Source of the DNA: a virus
Direction: 5' to 3' (one strand)
DNA length: 64,000 nucleotides
IMG/VR virus record: IMGVR_UViG_3300037419_001822
Coordinates: 49,440-113,439 of that record
Shown here: positions 9,474 through 18,369 of the stretch, one piece after another
Layout: every line of letters starts with the position of its first letter
Numbering within the stretch: the stretch's first letter is position 1
Notes under the pieces: generated by a model
Databases searched by the model: none
What the model was told of the DNA's origin: nothing
What the model saw: only the letters and a program-made list of their open reading frames with translations
Position numbers and translations under genes: made by a program

Positions 9474-9865
9474 TGACCACCGCCGAATCGTTCGACCCCG
9501 GCCGCCGCGAGGAGCCCGCCTACCTGCGGGTCGTGCAGGACGGCGAACGCGCCCCCGCCATCGACATCGACGCCGACGGTCGCGCGTCGTTCGCCCGCGT
9601 CCTGCCCGACGCCCGGGGCTACGACGAGCTGCCCGCCAACGACTACCCGATCGAGCTGACCCACGCCGACCTGTGGGCGCGCATCGCCCGGCTCGAAGAG
9701 GACCGCGAGACCCTGGCGGGCCGCTGCGACGAACTCGGCGACCGGGTCGAACGGCTCGAAGAGGTCGCGCTGCGGATGCGCCGGATCCTCGCCCCCGCCG
9801 AGTACGACCGCGACAACTGGCACCTGCGGGCCGTCGTCGCCCAACTCCGCGACCTGCTGCGGTGA
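9473..9865 (+). CDS. Hypothetical coiled-coil protein
   Basis: TGATG overlap; heptad pattern. Confidence 0.6.
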   Translation: MTTAESFDPGRREEPAYLRVVQDGERAPAIDIDADGRASFARVLPDARGYDELPANDYPIELTHADLWARIARLEEDRETLAGRCDELGDRVERLEEVALRMRRILAPAEYDRDNWHLRAVVAQLRDLLR

Positions 9866-10032
9866 GACGCGTGTTCTTCGAGATCGACGGGCAGCCCGTG
9901 CCCGGCTGGATGATCTGGGCGTTCCTGCACCTGCCGACCTGGATGTTCCGGCCGATGTGGCACCTCGTCGGCGTCGCCGAGTACGTCACCGGCCAGAACG
10001 ACGCGGAGGACCCCGATGTCCGGGCGGCATGA
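9862..10032 (+). CDS. Hypothetical protein
   Basis: GTGA overlap. Confidence 0.45.
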   Translation: MRRVFFEIDGQPVPGWMIWAFLHLPTWMFRPMWHLVGVAEYVTGQNDAEDPDVRAA

Positions 10033-10282
10033 GGACATGGCCCGGCTGGTCTGGGACGCGGCCTACCCGCACATCCCGTGGAACTCCCGGCACCGGGGCT
10101 GGACGATGGCCGACGTCCACTCCGCCGCCGCCACTGTGCTGCACATCCTCGACCGAGGCGACGGCAAGATCGACCGGCTGGAGCTGATCCTGCAGGACGT
10201 GCTGTACCGGGCCGGGGTGAACAACCCGCTGTCCGGTGCCGCCCGGCTCGTGGACGGCCCGCTGCGGGACCGGGTCGCATGA
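10016..10282 (+). CDS. Hypothetical protein (start uncertain)
   Basis: ORF coupled to next gene. Confidence 0.55.
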   Translation: MSGRHEDMARLVWDAAYPHIPWNSRHRGWTMADVHSAAATVLHILDRGDGKIDRLELILQDVLYRAGVNNPLSGAARLVDGPLRDRVA

Positions 10283-10770
10283 GCCGCCACCTGCCCACCG
10301 ACCCCGAGGTGCTCATCCTCGCCGGGCTGGCCGTCCTCTGGCTGGCTACTGCCGTTCTGGCGTGGCTGTCGATCCGCAAGCTGCGCCGGGAACTGGCCGT
10401 CGTCGCCGCCAAGGCCGCCGGATCCGTGGACGACCTCGGCGACGTGTTCGAGCACATCGACAGCCTCGGCGGGATGCTGCAGGCCCACGACGACGCCCTG
10501 TACCGGCAGAAGCCCATCACCGCGCCCGTGCCGGTCACCGTCGCCGCCACCAACCCCGGCCTCGACTGGATCGACCAGGCCACCACCGGCGAGCAGCCCG
10601 CCCTCGGGCCGCAGACCAACCTCATCCCCCGGGCCACGCCGCCCGCGCCCAAGACCGAGCTGATCCCCCTCGCCGCTCCCGACCCGAAGCCCACGACCGG
10701 CCCCATCGACGCCTACGCCCTCATCGCCCGTCTCCGGGCCGAGCAGAAGCAGCGCGAGGAGAGCAAGTGA
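10279..10770 (+). CDS. Membrane-anchored protein with Pro-rich tail
   Basis: N-terminal TM helix; coupled. Confidence 0.6.
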   Translation: MSRHLPTDPEVLILAGLAVLWLATAVLAWLSIRKLRRELAVVAAKAAGSVDDLGDVFEHIDSLGGMLQAHDDALYRQKPITAPVPVTVAATNPGLDWIDQATTGEQPALGPQTNLIPRATPPAPKTELIPLAAPDPKPTTGPIDAYALIARLRAEQKQREESK

Positions 10771-11060
10771 TCGACACCGGCCGCGTCTGCGCCCTGTGCG
10801 GGGAGCCGCCCGGCCACCTGTACGGCACCTTCTTCGGGGCCAGCGTCGGCAACCTAGACCTGCACCACGACTGGGATCGGATCACCGTCGGCGAGCGCGA
10901 CAACGGCACCCCGATCAAGGTCACCTGCTACGAGGCTTTCACCACCTACGGGGTGCGCCGGTCGATCACGATCAAACTCGACCCCGAGGACGTGCCCGGC
11001 GTCGCCAACCTGCTGCGCTCCCTGCGCGACGACGCCGACGAGCTGGACTGCGGCGCATGA
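10767..11060 (+). CDS. Hypothetical protein
   Basis: GTGA overlap; CALC. Confidence 0.6.
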   Translation: MIDTGRVCALCGEPPGHLYGTFFGASVGNLDLHHDWDRITVGERDNGTPIKVTCYEAFTTYGVRRSITIKLDPEDVPGVANLLRSLRDDADELDCGA

Positions 11061-11947
11061 GCTTCGGCGACAACCACGAGCCCGAGGTCACCGAACCCTG
11101 CGCCCTGATCAAGCACTACCACCCGGCCACCGACGGGCGCGGCAAGCCCACCGGCCACCGGCTGTGCGCCCGCCACCTCAAGCAGATCCACACCGACCTG
11201 CGCACCATCCAGAACGAGGCCCGCAACCTCGACCCCCGCCCGTCCATGGCGCTCAACCTCGACGGACGGGGCGGCGGCAAGTCCACCCCGGCCTTTCAGC
11301 AGACCCCCGCCCGGCTCGACCCGATCGTGCTGCGCGACCACCGCACCGGCCAGGGCTGGTCCGAGGACCCCGACGACGTCCTCGCCGCCGGGAACACCAC
11401 CTCCGTCGTCGCCAAGCTCAACCACTACGCCAACCTGGTGCGCGCCGGGCGCGACATCGAGATCCCGCTCGTCTGGGTGGTCGACCTCATCCCCGGCCGC
11501 CCCGCACCCGACTTCCTGATCTGCCCCACCCCGTGCACCCACAAGCAGTGCCGGGCCTACGCCTGGTGGCGCTCGGCCCCCGTGCCGCCCGACATCGCCG
11601 GGGAAGCGCAGCTCCTCGCCCGGCACGCCGAGTGGATCGCCACCCGGGACTGGGTCGCCGACTTCCACCACGACGTCCGCGCCCTGCGCGCCCAGCTCCA
11701 GCAGGCCAACGGCACCAGCCAGCCCAAGCCCATCCCCGGCAAGTGCCCGCACCAGCCCAGCCCCGGCCAGGAGTGCGGCGGCCCGCTGTGGCCCGCCAAG
11801 CCCAAGCACACCTCCGGCGAGGACGTGTGGACCGGGGCCGCGCCGTCGGCGATCCGCTGTGGCGCCTGCGAGACCCGCTGGGACGGCCCCGGGGCCATCG
11901 CCCGGCTCGCCCTCATCCTCGAAGCGCAACGAAAGGCCAGGTCATGA
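11057..11947 (+). CDS. Zn-finger phage protein, possible late-transcription regulator
   Basis: LCARH..PARLDPIVL..GKCP..CGGPL..CGACETRW architecture common in actinophages. Confidence 0.6.
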   Translation: MSFGDNHEPEVTEPCALIKHYHPATDGRGKPTGHRLCARHLKQIHTDLRTIQNEARNLDPRPSMALNLDGRGGGKSTPAFQQTPARLDPIVLRDHRTGQGWSEDPDDVLAAGNTTSVVAKLNHYANLVRAGRDIEIPLVWVVDLIPGRPAPDFLICPTPCTHKQCRAYAWWRSAPVPPDIAGEAQLLARHAEWIATRDWVADFHHDVRALRAQLQQANGTSQPKPIPGKCPHQPSPGQECGGPLWPAKPKHTSGEDVWTGAAPSAIRCGACETRWDGPGAIARLALILEAQRKARS

Positions 11948-12162
11948 GCCTCACAGTCGCCAGCATGGGGCTGACGTCCTATCACCACCCGGAGGCCGAC
12001 GACTGGGAGGTGGACGACAAGGGCTACCTGACGATCTACAAGACCGGCGAGGTCGAGGTGCCGATGGGCGGGCTCAAGGTCAAGCAGTCCACGTCCGAGC
12101 CGCTCGCCCTCTACGCGCCCGCCGCCTGGGCCTACGTCGTCGTGGAGGAGGAGGGCGAGTGA
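11944..12162 (+). CDS. Hypothetical protein
   Basis: ATGA overlap. Confidence 0.6.
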   Translation: MSLTVASMGLTSYHHPEADDWEVDDKGYLTIYKTGEVEVPMGGLKVKQSTSEPLALYAPAAWAYVVVEEEGE

Positions 12163-12680
12163 GACTGATCGGCCCCCCCACCGCCGCCGCCACCGACGTG
12201 CTGGCCCGGCTGTCCGACCCGTCGCTGTTCCGCGACACCCGGTTCCTCGCCGAAATGTTCTGGCCGCTGTGGAACGCCGCCGTGGACCACACCATCGACC
12301 CCGTCGGCGTGGTCGCCCAGAGCTACCACGAGACCGGCGGCGGCAGCTTCACCGGCCGGGTGCCCGCCTGGTTCCACAACACCTGCGGGCTCAAGGTCAC
12401 CGACCTGCCCGCCCAGCAGGCCCTGATCGGCACCACCGACGCCGACCACCCGCTGTGCCACTCCCAGTTCGCCACCTGGGAGGCCGGGGCCACCGCCCAC
12501 GTCCAGCACCTGCGGGCCTACGCCGGATGGCCGGTCAGCGGCCGGATCCTCGACCCGCGCTACGCCCTGGTCACCGGCAAGCAGTGCGAGACGTTCGAGC
12601 AGCTCGGCGGCAACTGGGCCCCGGCCGCCGACTACGGCACCCAGATCGTGGCCCTGGCCAACCGTTTGAGGGGACTGTGA
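12159..12680 (+). CDS. GH73-like glucosaminidase (peptidoglycan hydrolase)
   Basis: IDPVGVVAQSYHETG..HNTCGLK..FATWEAGATAHVQHL..WAPAADYG. Confidence 0.8.
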   Translation: MRLIGPPTAAATDVLARLSDPSLFRDTRFLAEMFWPLWNAAVDHTIDPVGVVAQSYHETGGGSFTGRVPAWFHNTCGLKVTDLPAQQALIGTTDADHPLCHSQFATWEAGATAHVQHLRAYAGWPVSGRILDPRYALVTGKQCETFEQLGGNWAPAADYGTQIVALANRLRGL

Positions 12681-12823
12681 TGACCGGCTACATCAAGCTC
12701 ATCGCCACCGAGATCGCCGTCACCACCAGCGTGCTGCTGGCCCGCTGGCTGGGGGAGAAGCTCGCCGTCGCGATCGTCAACGCCTTCGACGTCGAGCCCG
12801 ACCTGTACGACGAGGACGACTGA
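12680..12823 (+). CDS. Small hypothetical protein
   Basis: Coupled ORF. Confidence 0.5.
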   Translation: MTGYIKLIATEIAVTTSVLLARWLGEKLAVAIVNAFDVEPDLYDEDD

Positions 12824-12893
12824 CGCACGCCCGTACTGTCTGAACGGTTCATCCGTTCGGTGAGTCATACTGACCACGGTGAGGTGATCCTGC

Positions 12894-13121
12894 ATGACCA
12901 CGAAGAAGCCGCTGCCCTGTGACGGCTCGGCCGAGCAGTGGGCGTTCATCGCGGTGCTCGCCTGCGGGCTCATCGACGTGATCGAGCTGATGGTGCACCA
13001 CGGCACCGACTGGCTCACCTACACCGTCGTCGTCGTCTCGCTCGGCCTGCTGTGGCGGCACCACCGCACGTTCCACCAGCACCAGCCCGTCGAGGCCCCG
13101 GAGCGGGAGAAGATCCGATGA
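12894..13121 (+). CDS. Small two-TM membrane protein
   Basis: GAGGTG RBS; two hydrophobic segments. Confidence 0.6.
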   Translation: MTTKKPLPCDGSAEQWAFIAVLACGLIDVIELMVHHGTDWLTYTVVVVSLGLLWRHHRTFHQHQPVEAPEREKIR

Positions 13122-13411
13122 CCTGGCCCGTCACTCCTGAGCCCACCTACCGGGTGGAGCATCAGGACTGGTGCTACTCCGAGGCCCACGCCCGCTGCTG
13201 CAACCTCAACAAGGTCGACATCGAGGACTGCACCTGCGGCGCCGCCGAGGCGCAGGCCGAGATCGACTCCCTCGCCGACACCGTCCGGGTGCAACGGCAG
13301 GCGCTCGACCGCATCGAGCAGTACGTCACCGACTGCGCCAACACGATCGGCGGTCAGCAGGTCAAGGCGATGGCCGCGTTCGTGCGCGACATCATCCGGA
13401 CCGCCCGATGA
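13118..13411 (+). CDS. Hypothetical protein
   Basis: ATGA overlap. Confidence 0.55.
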   Translation: MTWPVTPEPTYRVEHQDWCYSEAHARCCNLNKVDIEDCTCGAAEAQAEIDSLADTVRVQRQALDRIEQYVTDCANTIGGQQVKAMAAFVRDIIRTAR

Positions 13412-13554
13412 CCGAGGCCCCGCCCCGACCCGACCCCGAGATCGCGGACGTCGTGCCGCTGCCCGAGCTGTGCGCCACCGGCTGCAGCCACGCCTGGCAC
13501 GGCATGCGCTGCCACTGCGGCTGCGCCAGCTCCTGGACGCCGTCCGGTGACTGA
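13408..13554 (+). CDS. Small Cys/His-rich protein
   Basis: CSHAWHGMRCHCGC; coupled. Confidence 0.5.
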   Translation: MTEAPPRPDPEIADVVPLPELCATGCSHAWHGMRCHCGCASSWTPSGD

Positions 13555-13921
13555 CATGCTCAAGCCCGACCCCGCCGTGCTCGCCTGGATCGAGGAGTGC
13601 TACGACAAGGGCGAGCCGCCCAAGGCGATGTGGCAGCGGCCGTCCTACGCCCAGCTCCCCAACTGCAACTGGTGCATCCACCGCGAGCACGACTTCCAGT
13701 GCGTCGACTGCGAATGCATGTGCAACAGCTCCCACCAGCGGCTCGATGACACCTGGCGGCCCACCAACCAGTACACGCAGGCCTGGCAGATCGCCAAGGC
13801 CATGGATGTCCTCGGCTGCGACGGCTGGGTCGCCCGGTTCATCCACGGCGTCGGCATCCAGCTCAAGCCCTACGGCCGCAAGTCCGACATCAAGAAAGTC
13901 CTCTACGGGGAGGCGTCATGA
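13547..13921 (+). CDS. Hypothetical Cys-rich protein
   Basis: Codon bias; coupled. Confidence 0.6.
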   Translation: MTDMLKPDPAVLAWIEECYDKGEPPKAMWQRPSYAQLPNCNWCIHREHDFQCVDCECMCNSSHQRLDDTWRPTNQYTQAWQIAKAMDVLGCDGWVARFIHGVGIQLKPYGRKSDIKKVLYGEAS

Positions 13922-14205
13922 CCACCCACCGGCCCGGCATCTTCCAGATCGGCCGGGTCACCGACGACGGCGCCACGGTGACCATCTCCGGCTGGGGTGT
14001 CGGCCTGTGCGCGGCCAAGTGCACCTGCCACCGCGACCCCGCCTTCCCCAACCACGGCCTCCGGCTGCACGAGGGTGATGACGGCAGCCTCGGCCTGGCC
14101 AAGCACCGCACCTGCGACTGCTGCGAGCCCTGGCAGGCCGAGGAGCTGATGGCCGTCGTCGCCGACCTGGCCGAGATCCAGGCCGCCCCGGAGGTGTCCC
14201 GATGA
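13918..14205 (+). CDS. Hypothetical protein
   Basis: GGAGG RBS; coupled. Confidence 0.6.
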   Translation: MTTHRPGIFQIGRVTDDGATVTISGWGVGLCAAKCTCHRDPAFPNHGLRLHEGDDGSLGLAKHRTCDCCEPWQAEELMAVVADLAEIQAAPEVSR

Positions 14206-14393
14206 CCAGCACGATCGGCTCGATCCTCGGCGTCCCGGTGATCGAGTCCCGCTACCTGCCGCCCGGCGTGAGTCTGCTGCTGGCCCACAACCGGGCCGTC
14301 ACCGCCGACCCGCAGGCGCTGCGGAACCGGATCGAGCTGCGCAACTGGCTGGCCGACCGGGTCGCCGAGATCGAGCGGAGGTGGTTCGGGTGA
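14202..14393 (+). CDS. Hypothetical protein
   Basis: GGAGG RBS; coupled. Confidence 0.55.
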   Translation: MTSTIGSILGVPVIESRYLPPGVSLLLAHNRAVTADPQALRNRIELRNWLADRVAEIERRWFG

Positions 14394-14661
14394 CCGGCTG
14401 CACCTGTCACCGCTGCCAGGACCACCGTGATCGTCAGCTCAACAGCGAGGCGTGGCGCGCCCTGAACGCGGCCACCCGGAGGTAGTTCGTGCAGGGATCC
14501 CCGGCCCACTACTGGGCCCGGTGCGCCAACTACGACGAGCTGCGGCTGCGGCCCTGCCCGGGGTGGATCGAGTACCACCCCGGGGATCTCGACGCCGCCT
14601 GCGACACCTGCCGAGGCCGGTGCGGGTGGCAGGTGTCCGGCCCCGGGTGGCTCGATCGGGA

Positions 14662-14945
14662 CACCCTCCCCGGGTGGTTCAGCGAGCCCCCCCCGGGAGT
14701 GGTTCGTCGGATAGCCCCCCGGCGGTGGCGGACAGGCCCGCCCCCGGTGTCGGCGAGACCCCCCGGAGGTGCCGACAACCCGCCCCCCGGGTGGCAACAA
14801 GACCACCCCCCGGTAGTTCGAACCCCACCCCCCGGTGGCGAAGACCCCCCCGGGGTGGTTCGAAGACCCCCCGGGGTGGCAACAAGACCCCCCGGGGTGG
14901 CAAACGGGCCCCCCGGGGGTGCCGACGACCCCACCCCCCTCCACC
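14662..14945. repeat. Array of about 12-13 imperfect 20-28 bp units (C5-8 tract + GG(G)GTGG/GTGCC + short A-rich spacer)
   Basis: For example CCCCCCCGGGGTGGTTCGAAGA, CCCCCCGGGGTGGCAACAAGA, CCCCCCGGGGTGGCAAACGGG. Confidence 0.85.
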
Positions 14946-15086
14946 GACTGTCTGAGATTCGTTCAGACACGTCGGGGAACCGGCCCAGCTTCGCTCAGGC
15001 CAGCCTGGGAGCCCTTCCCGGGTGTCCCGGCATGGCCCGTTTTGTCCACGGGGCGCTCAGGGGGTCGGCGGTGGTCTCGTACTGTA

Positions 15087-15115
15087 TTGCTTCCTGTATG
15101 GACACAGTGTAGAAT
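15087..15115 (+). promoter_or_regulatory. Housekeeping-sigma promoter TTGCTT-17 bp-TAGAAT with GACAC in the spacer
   Basis: Near-consensus -35/-10, 17-bp spacer, upstream of AAGGAG RBS of the 15152 gene. Confidence 0.7.
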
Positions 15116-15151
15116 CGAGGTAGACACCAGCCCGAAACGAAGGAGAGCACC

Positions 15152-15436
15152 GTGACCGCCGCCGCGACCGAGATCCGCTTCGAGATCCACATCTGCGCCG
15201 AGCGCCGCTCCTACTACGCGACGTTCTCCACCGAGGCGCAGGCCCTGGCCTTCCTGGAGCCGCGCGGCTGGACCCACGCCTACTGGCCCGCCACGGACGC
15301 CGACACCGACCTGGTCGAGCAGAACTGGCCGACCCTGGCCGACCGGCTCTGGCCGATCTGCGAGCACGGGCTCTCGCTCCAGCTCTGCTCCGGCCCCAAC
15401 CACTTCGGCGAGCCGTACGACGACTGGGCGAACTGA
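15152..15436 (+). CDS. Early hypothetical protein
   Basis: AAGGAG RBS; CEHGLS..C motif. Confidence 0.7.
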   Translation: MTAAATEIRFEIHICAERRSYYATFSTEAQALAFLEPRGWTHAYWPATDADTDLVEQNWPTLADRLWPICEHGLSLQLCSGPNHFGEPYDDWAN

Positions 15437-15624
15437 TGACCGAGACCTTCACCGTCCTGGTCGGCTTCACCACGGTGCGGCCGATCATCCCCGACCAGCA
15501 CCACTCGATCGTGCTGGTGGCCACCGATCGCGGCCCGATCGACGCCCAGCTCGTCGCCGCCCAGATGGTCGGCAGTCACAGCGTCATGCCGACGTCGACC
15601 GAGATCCTGTTCGTGGAAATCTGA
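15436..15624 (+). CDS. Early hypothetical protein
   Basis: TGATG overlap. Confidence 0.65.
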   Translation: MTETFTVLVGFTTVRPIIPDQHHSIVLVATDRGPIDAQLVAAQMVGSHSVMPTSTEILFVEI

Positions 15625-15639
15625 GCTTCCAACGATGAA

Positions 15640-15676
15640 GCGCCGGAGCTGATGAAAGCTCCGGCGCGATTTTGTT
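15640..15676 (+). terminator. Intrinsic terminator
   Basis: GCGCCGGAGCT-GATGAA-AGCTCCGGCGC stem then GATTTTGTT. Confidence 0.75.
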
Positions 15677-15866
15677 CTGGGACGTTTTCGCAGGTCAAAC
15701 GCGGACTTCGCGGATCTTCCGCGCGATTTTCGCTCTGAAACGGTATTGTTTTTTCGCGATTTTGAAAGCTCGCGCGCGATTTTAGCTCTGGCGCGGTATT
15801 AGCTCTGGCGCGGTATTGCCGCCGCGCCGCCGCGCGCGCGCGATATTAGCTCTGAGACGGTATTGT
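15665..15866. repeat. Array of CGCGATTTT / CGGTATT / AGCTCTG modules
   Basis: About 4 CGCGATTTT, 4 CGGTATT and 3-4 (A/C)GCTCTG copies in 200 bp of non-coding DNA. Confidence 0.75.
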
Positions 15867-16152
15867 AAAACGGCACCGGCCGGTTCACGTACAGGCCTTC
15901 TGGTACGGACCCGTTCCGTTCCGACTCGACTCGGACCGGAACGCGCGGTTCCGAGGCGGAACGGTCTCGTCCGTATGAGCTGAGACCAGCGAAACGGTCC
16001 GTTATCGCAACCGTGCTGGCAGCGTCCATGATCTTGATTCTGCGCCTCCCTGCCTCGCTCCTGTGCCGACACCCCATTCTAGCAGGGCAGATATACGGAC
16101 TCTTATGTACGCTAACGATCGGCGAGCCTCTGACCAGGCCTTATGCCGATCC

Positions 16153-16279
16153 GACACGCCCGACCGCGTGGACGCGGGACACGCCCGAGGCGTGTTGTCT
16201 AAAGCGTTGCGACACGCCGCGATTTACCTGCAGGTTTGGTTAGACACGGCGTGTCGTGCGTATCGACACGCGCAGTGTC
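16153..16279. promoter_or_regulatory. Cluster of seven GACAC/GTGTC boxes (WhiA-type motif)
   Basis: GACAC at 16153, 16178, 16211, 16243, 16265; GTGTC at 16251, 16275. Confidence 0.55.
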
Positions 16280-16337
16280 ACACGTGCGCGCGGTTCCTCA
16301 TCCGGCAGGAACCGGCCGACCAGGAAGGTTCAAGATC

Positions 16338-17369
16338 ATGACTGAGGCCTACCCATTCCGCCCGGTTATCGCCATTCGCAAGGGTCGGAACGCCATTCAC
16401 CTTTCTCAGCAGTCGGGAACGTGGCTCGGCGCAGCGCTATTCACGTCGACACTGTGCGGCCGCGAGATCACGACTGCGGCCGGATGGGTAGAGGTGCAGG
16501 AATCCGCTACCTGTGCCCGGTGCGAGAGGGAATGCGCGAACATTGACAGTGACCGCGCCTATGTGATCGAGACCGATCACGCGGCCGCAATTGCAGAGGA
16601 CGCGGAACGCTTCCCGGTCGCCTCGGCGGAATTCCGCATCGGCGAGCGAGTCGGCATCGTGCGCGGCCTGCAATCCGTGAACGGTCCGCAGGTCTACATG
16701 TACGGCACCGTCGTCCGTCACGTCACGTCGTGGAACGACAGCACGGAATATGTCGTGCTCGGCGAGGACGGAGAGGAGCTGGTCTACGGCGCATATCTCC
16801 TGCGGCACGTTCCCGAGAGAATCGCGCCGAGCGTCTGGCAGTCTGCCGCACAGGAGAACGCCAGTGCACAGAATCGGCGCGCTGCAGAAACCGCCGCTGT
16901 CCATGCCGCAGACACTGCCTCGGATGACTTAGCGGACCTGTGCCTCTCCGCCATGTACGAAGGCCTAGAAGCCTCTCAGTGCCCGCAGGACGCGCCAGAG
17001 GATGAGGCGCGCCAGGACAGTACGGAAGGCATCCCCTCGGACGACTCAGAGGCCTACGCGCACTCCTGCCCAGTCTGTGGCGCTCCTGCGCACTTTCCCT
17101 GTGAAGATCCGTCCTGCTCCTATGCCGTGCCGATGCACCCTGAGCGCGCGCTAGCCGATGCGTACGACTCCGTCACATTCGGCACGATTGACGACACTCC
17201 CGCCACGCGCGAATTCACGGAACAGGAATTCGACACGGTCTCGGAGGAAATTCTGGCCGCTGTGCGTGGAATCGCAAAGGCACACGGTCTCGCTGCCTCC
17301 GTTCTCGACATGGCGCGCGCCTCCGATGACGCCGCTAACGCTCTGTCCCGCTACGGCATCACCCGATAA
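16338..17369 (+). CDS. Multidomain island protein (Zn-finger segments, SH3-like segment, acidic region)
   Basis: GGAAGG RBS; TLCG..TCARC, FRIGERVGI, CPVCGAPAHFPC; atypical codons. Confidence 0.7.
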   Translation: MTEAYPFRPVIAIRKGRNAIHLSQQSGTWLGAALFTSTLCGREITTAAGWVEVQESATCARCERECANIDSDRAYVIETDHAAAIAEDAERFPVASAEFRIGERVGIVRGLQSVNGPQVYMYGTVVRHVTSWNDSTEYVVLGEDGEELVYGAYLLRHVPERIAPSVWQSAAQENASAQNRRAAETAAVHAADTASDDLADLCLSAMYEGLEASQCPQDAPEDEARQDSTEGIPSDDSEAYAHSCPVCGAPAHFPCEDPSCSYAVPMHPERALADAYDSVTFGTIDDTPATREFTEQEFDTVSEEILAAVRGIAKAHGLAASVLDMARASDDAANALSRYGITR

Positions 17370-17402
17370 CACTTCCCACGAATCGGAACCGGAGATCCTG
17401 AC

Positions 17403-17609
17403 ATGTCTGCAGTCATCGGAATTGTCGGAATCGTCGCACTCGCAGGAATCTACGTCTGGGCAGAAATCTACTGCCACATTCGAGACCGTCACACGGTCGG
17501 CCCGCGTCCTCTCATCCGTACCGACATTGACGACACCCTCCGCGCAATTCCGGGTGTCTACGTTCTGCACTCCGAATCCGCTAACGACCTCCAGCTCACC
17601 CTCTTCTGA
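17403..17609 (+). CDS. Small membrane protein
   Basis: GGAGA RBS; N-terminal TM. Confidence 0.6.
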   Translation: MSAVIGIVGIVALAGIYVWAEIYCHIRDRHTVGPRPLIRTDIDDTLRAIPGVYVLHSESANDLQLTLF

Positions 17610-17629
17610 TTCCGGAAGGATTCCCTGTC

Positions 17630-17779
17630 ATGTTCGCGATCGTCGCTCAGATTCTGGTCTACCTCACCCTTGCTGCATTGGTTCCATTGACGATTGTCAC
17701 CGGACACCAGGCAGCACAGGCGCACGCGGAAGGCGCAGCCTCCCCCGATGCGGACACCCTTACTCCGACCCTTTACTGA
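17630..17779 (+). CDS. Small membrane/secreted peptide (49 aa, below ORF-track cutoff)
   Basis: GGAAGGA RBS; MFAIVAQILVYLTLAALVPLTIV... Confidence 0.5.
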   Translation: MFAIVAQILVYLTLAALVPLTIVTGHQAAQAHAEGAASPDADTLTPTLY

Positions 17780-17794
17780 GAGAGGCAAACGGCC

Positions 17795-18082
17795 GTGCGA
17801 ATCCGAACCGCTCAGGCAGCCTGTGCCGCTGTGCTGTGCGCCTCCCTGCTCCTAGTCCCTACTGCAGGCTCCGAGAGGCCTAGCGGCGTTTCTGGGGCCT
17901 CTGGCGACGCTGCCAGTAGTGAGGCCTCCTGGCGCGTCGACACGGCGGAGCGCGCCACGTGCATTCCGTACCTGTGGGAATCGTCCGACGACGGAATAGG
18001 CGTGGCGGAAATGCTCTCCCATGGCTGGCACACAAGCGGAGAGGACGGACGCGCTTTCGCACTCTATCCGCCGAATTGCTGA
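17795..18082 (+). CDS. Hypothetical secreted protein
   Basis: GAGAGG RBS; signal-peptide-like N-terminus. Confidence 0.5.
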   Translation: MRIRTAQAACAAVLCASLLLVPTAGSERPSGVSGASGDAASSEASWRVDTAERATCIPYLWESSDDGIGVAEMLSHGWHTSGEDGRAFALYPPNC

Positions 18083-18140
18083 CAGCCTTGGTCGCGGCCG
18101 GAATTCCGGCCGCGCGCCATGGATGCCAGAGAGGCACCCT
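18079..18140 (+). repeat. 62-bp structured intergenic element, copy 1
   Basis: CTGAC..TTGGTC-[GCGGCCGG AATT CCGGCCGC]-GCGCCATGGATGCCAGAGAGGCACCCT. Confidence 0.85.
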
Positions 18141-18162
18141 GCCGAATAGGGAGGCACACACA

Positions 18163-18369
18163 ATGCGCAATCTCTGCCACGTCTGCCGGAGGCTCCGTCC
18201 CGCGCGCGCATTCCGATTCTCTGTCCATGTCTGTGATGACTGCGAGCGTGCGCCGCAGTACGTCACTGGCGACGGCGTTTCTCATTACACGCGCGAGGCA
18301 GCGTTCCGGCATGCCGATTCGGTAGCGGCACGCACCGGTCAGATTATCGCGATTGAGAGTGCTCTCTGA
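18163..18369 (+). CDS. Small Zn-ribbon protein
   Basis: GGGAGG RBS; CHVC..CDDC. Confidence 0.6.
   Translation: MRNLCHVCRRLRPARAFRFSVHVCDDCERAPQYVTGDGVSHYTREAAFRHADSVAARTGQIIAIESAL

Noticed and set aside
14662-14945. CRISPR array
   Set aside because: Units are degenerate and abut each other with no unique 30-40 bp spacers; no cas genes
14489-15112. 207-aa Pro-rich CDS through the repeat array
   Set aside because: Only the first 60 or so codons look coding; the rest crosses variable-length repeats and the promoter. Left uncalled
15782-16341. Short ORFs in the repeat/GACAC region
   Set aside because: No RBS or codon bias; they overlap repeat arrays
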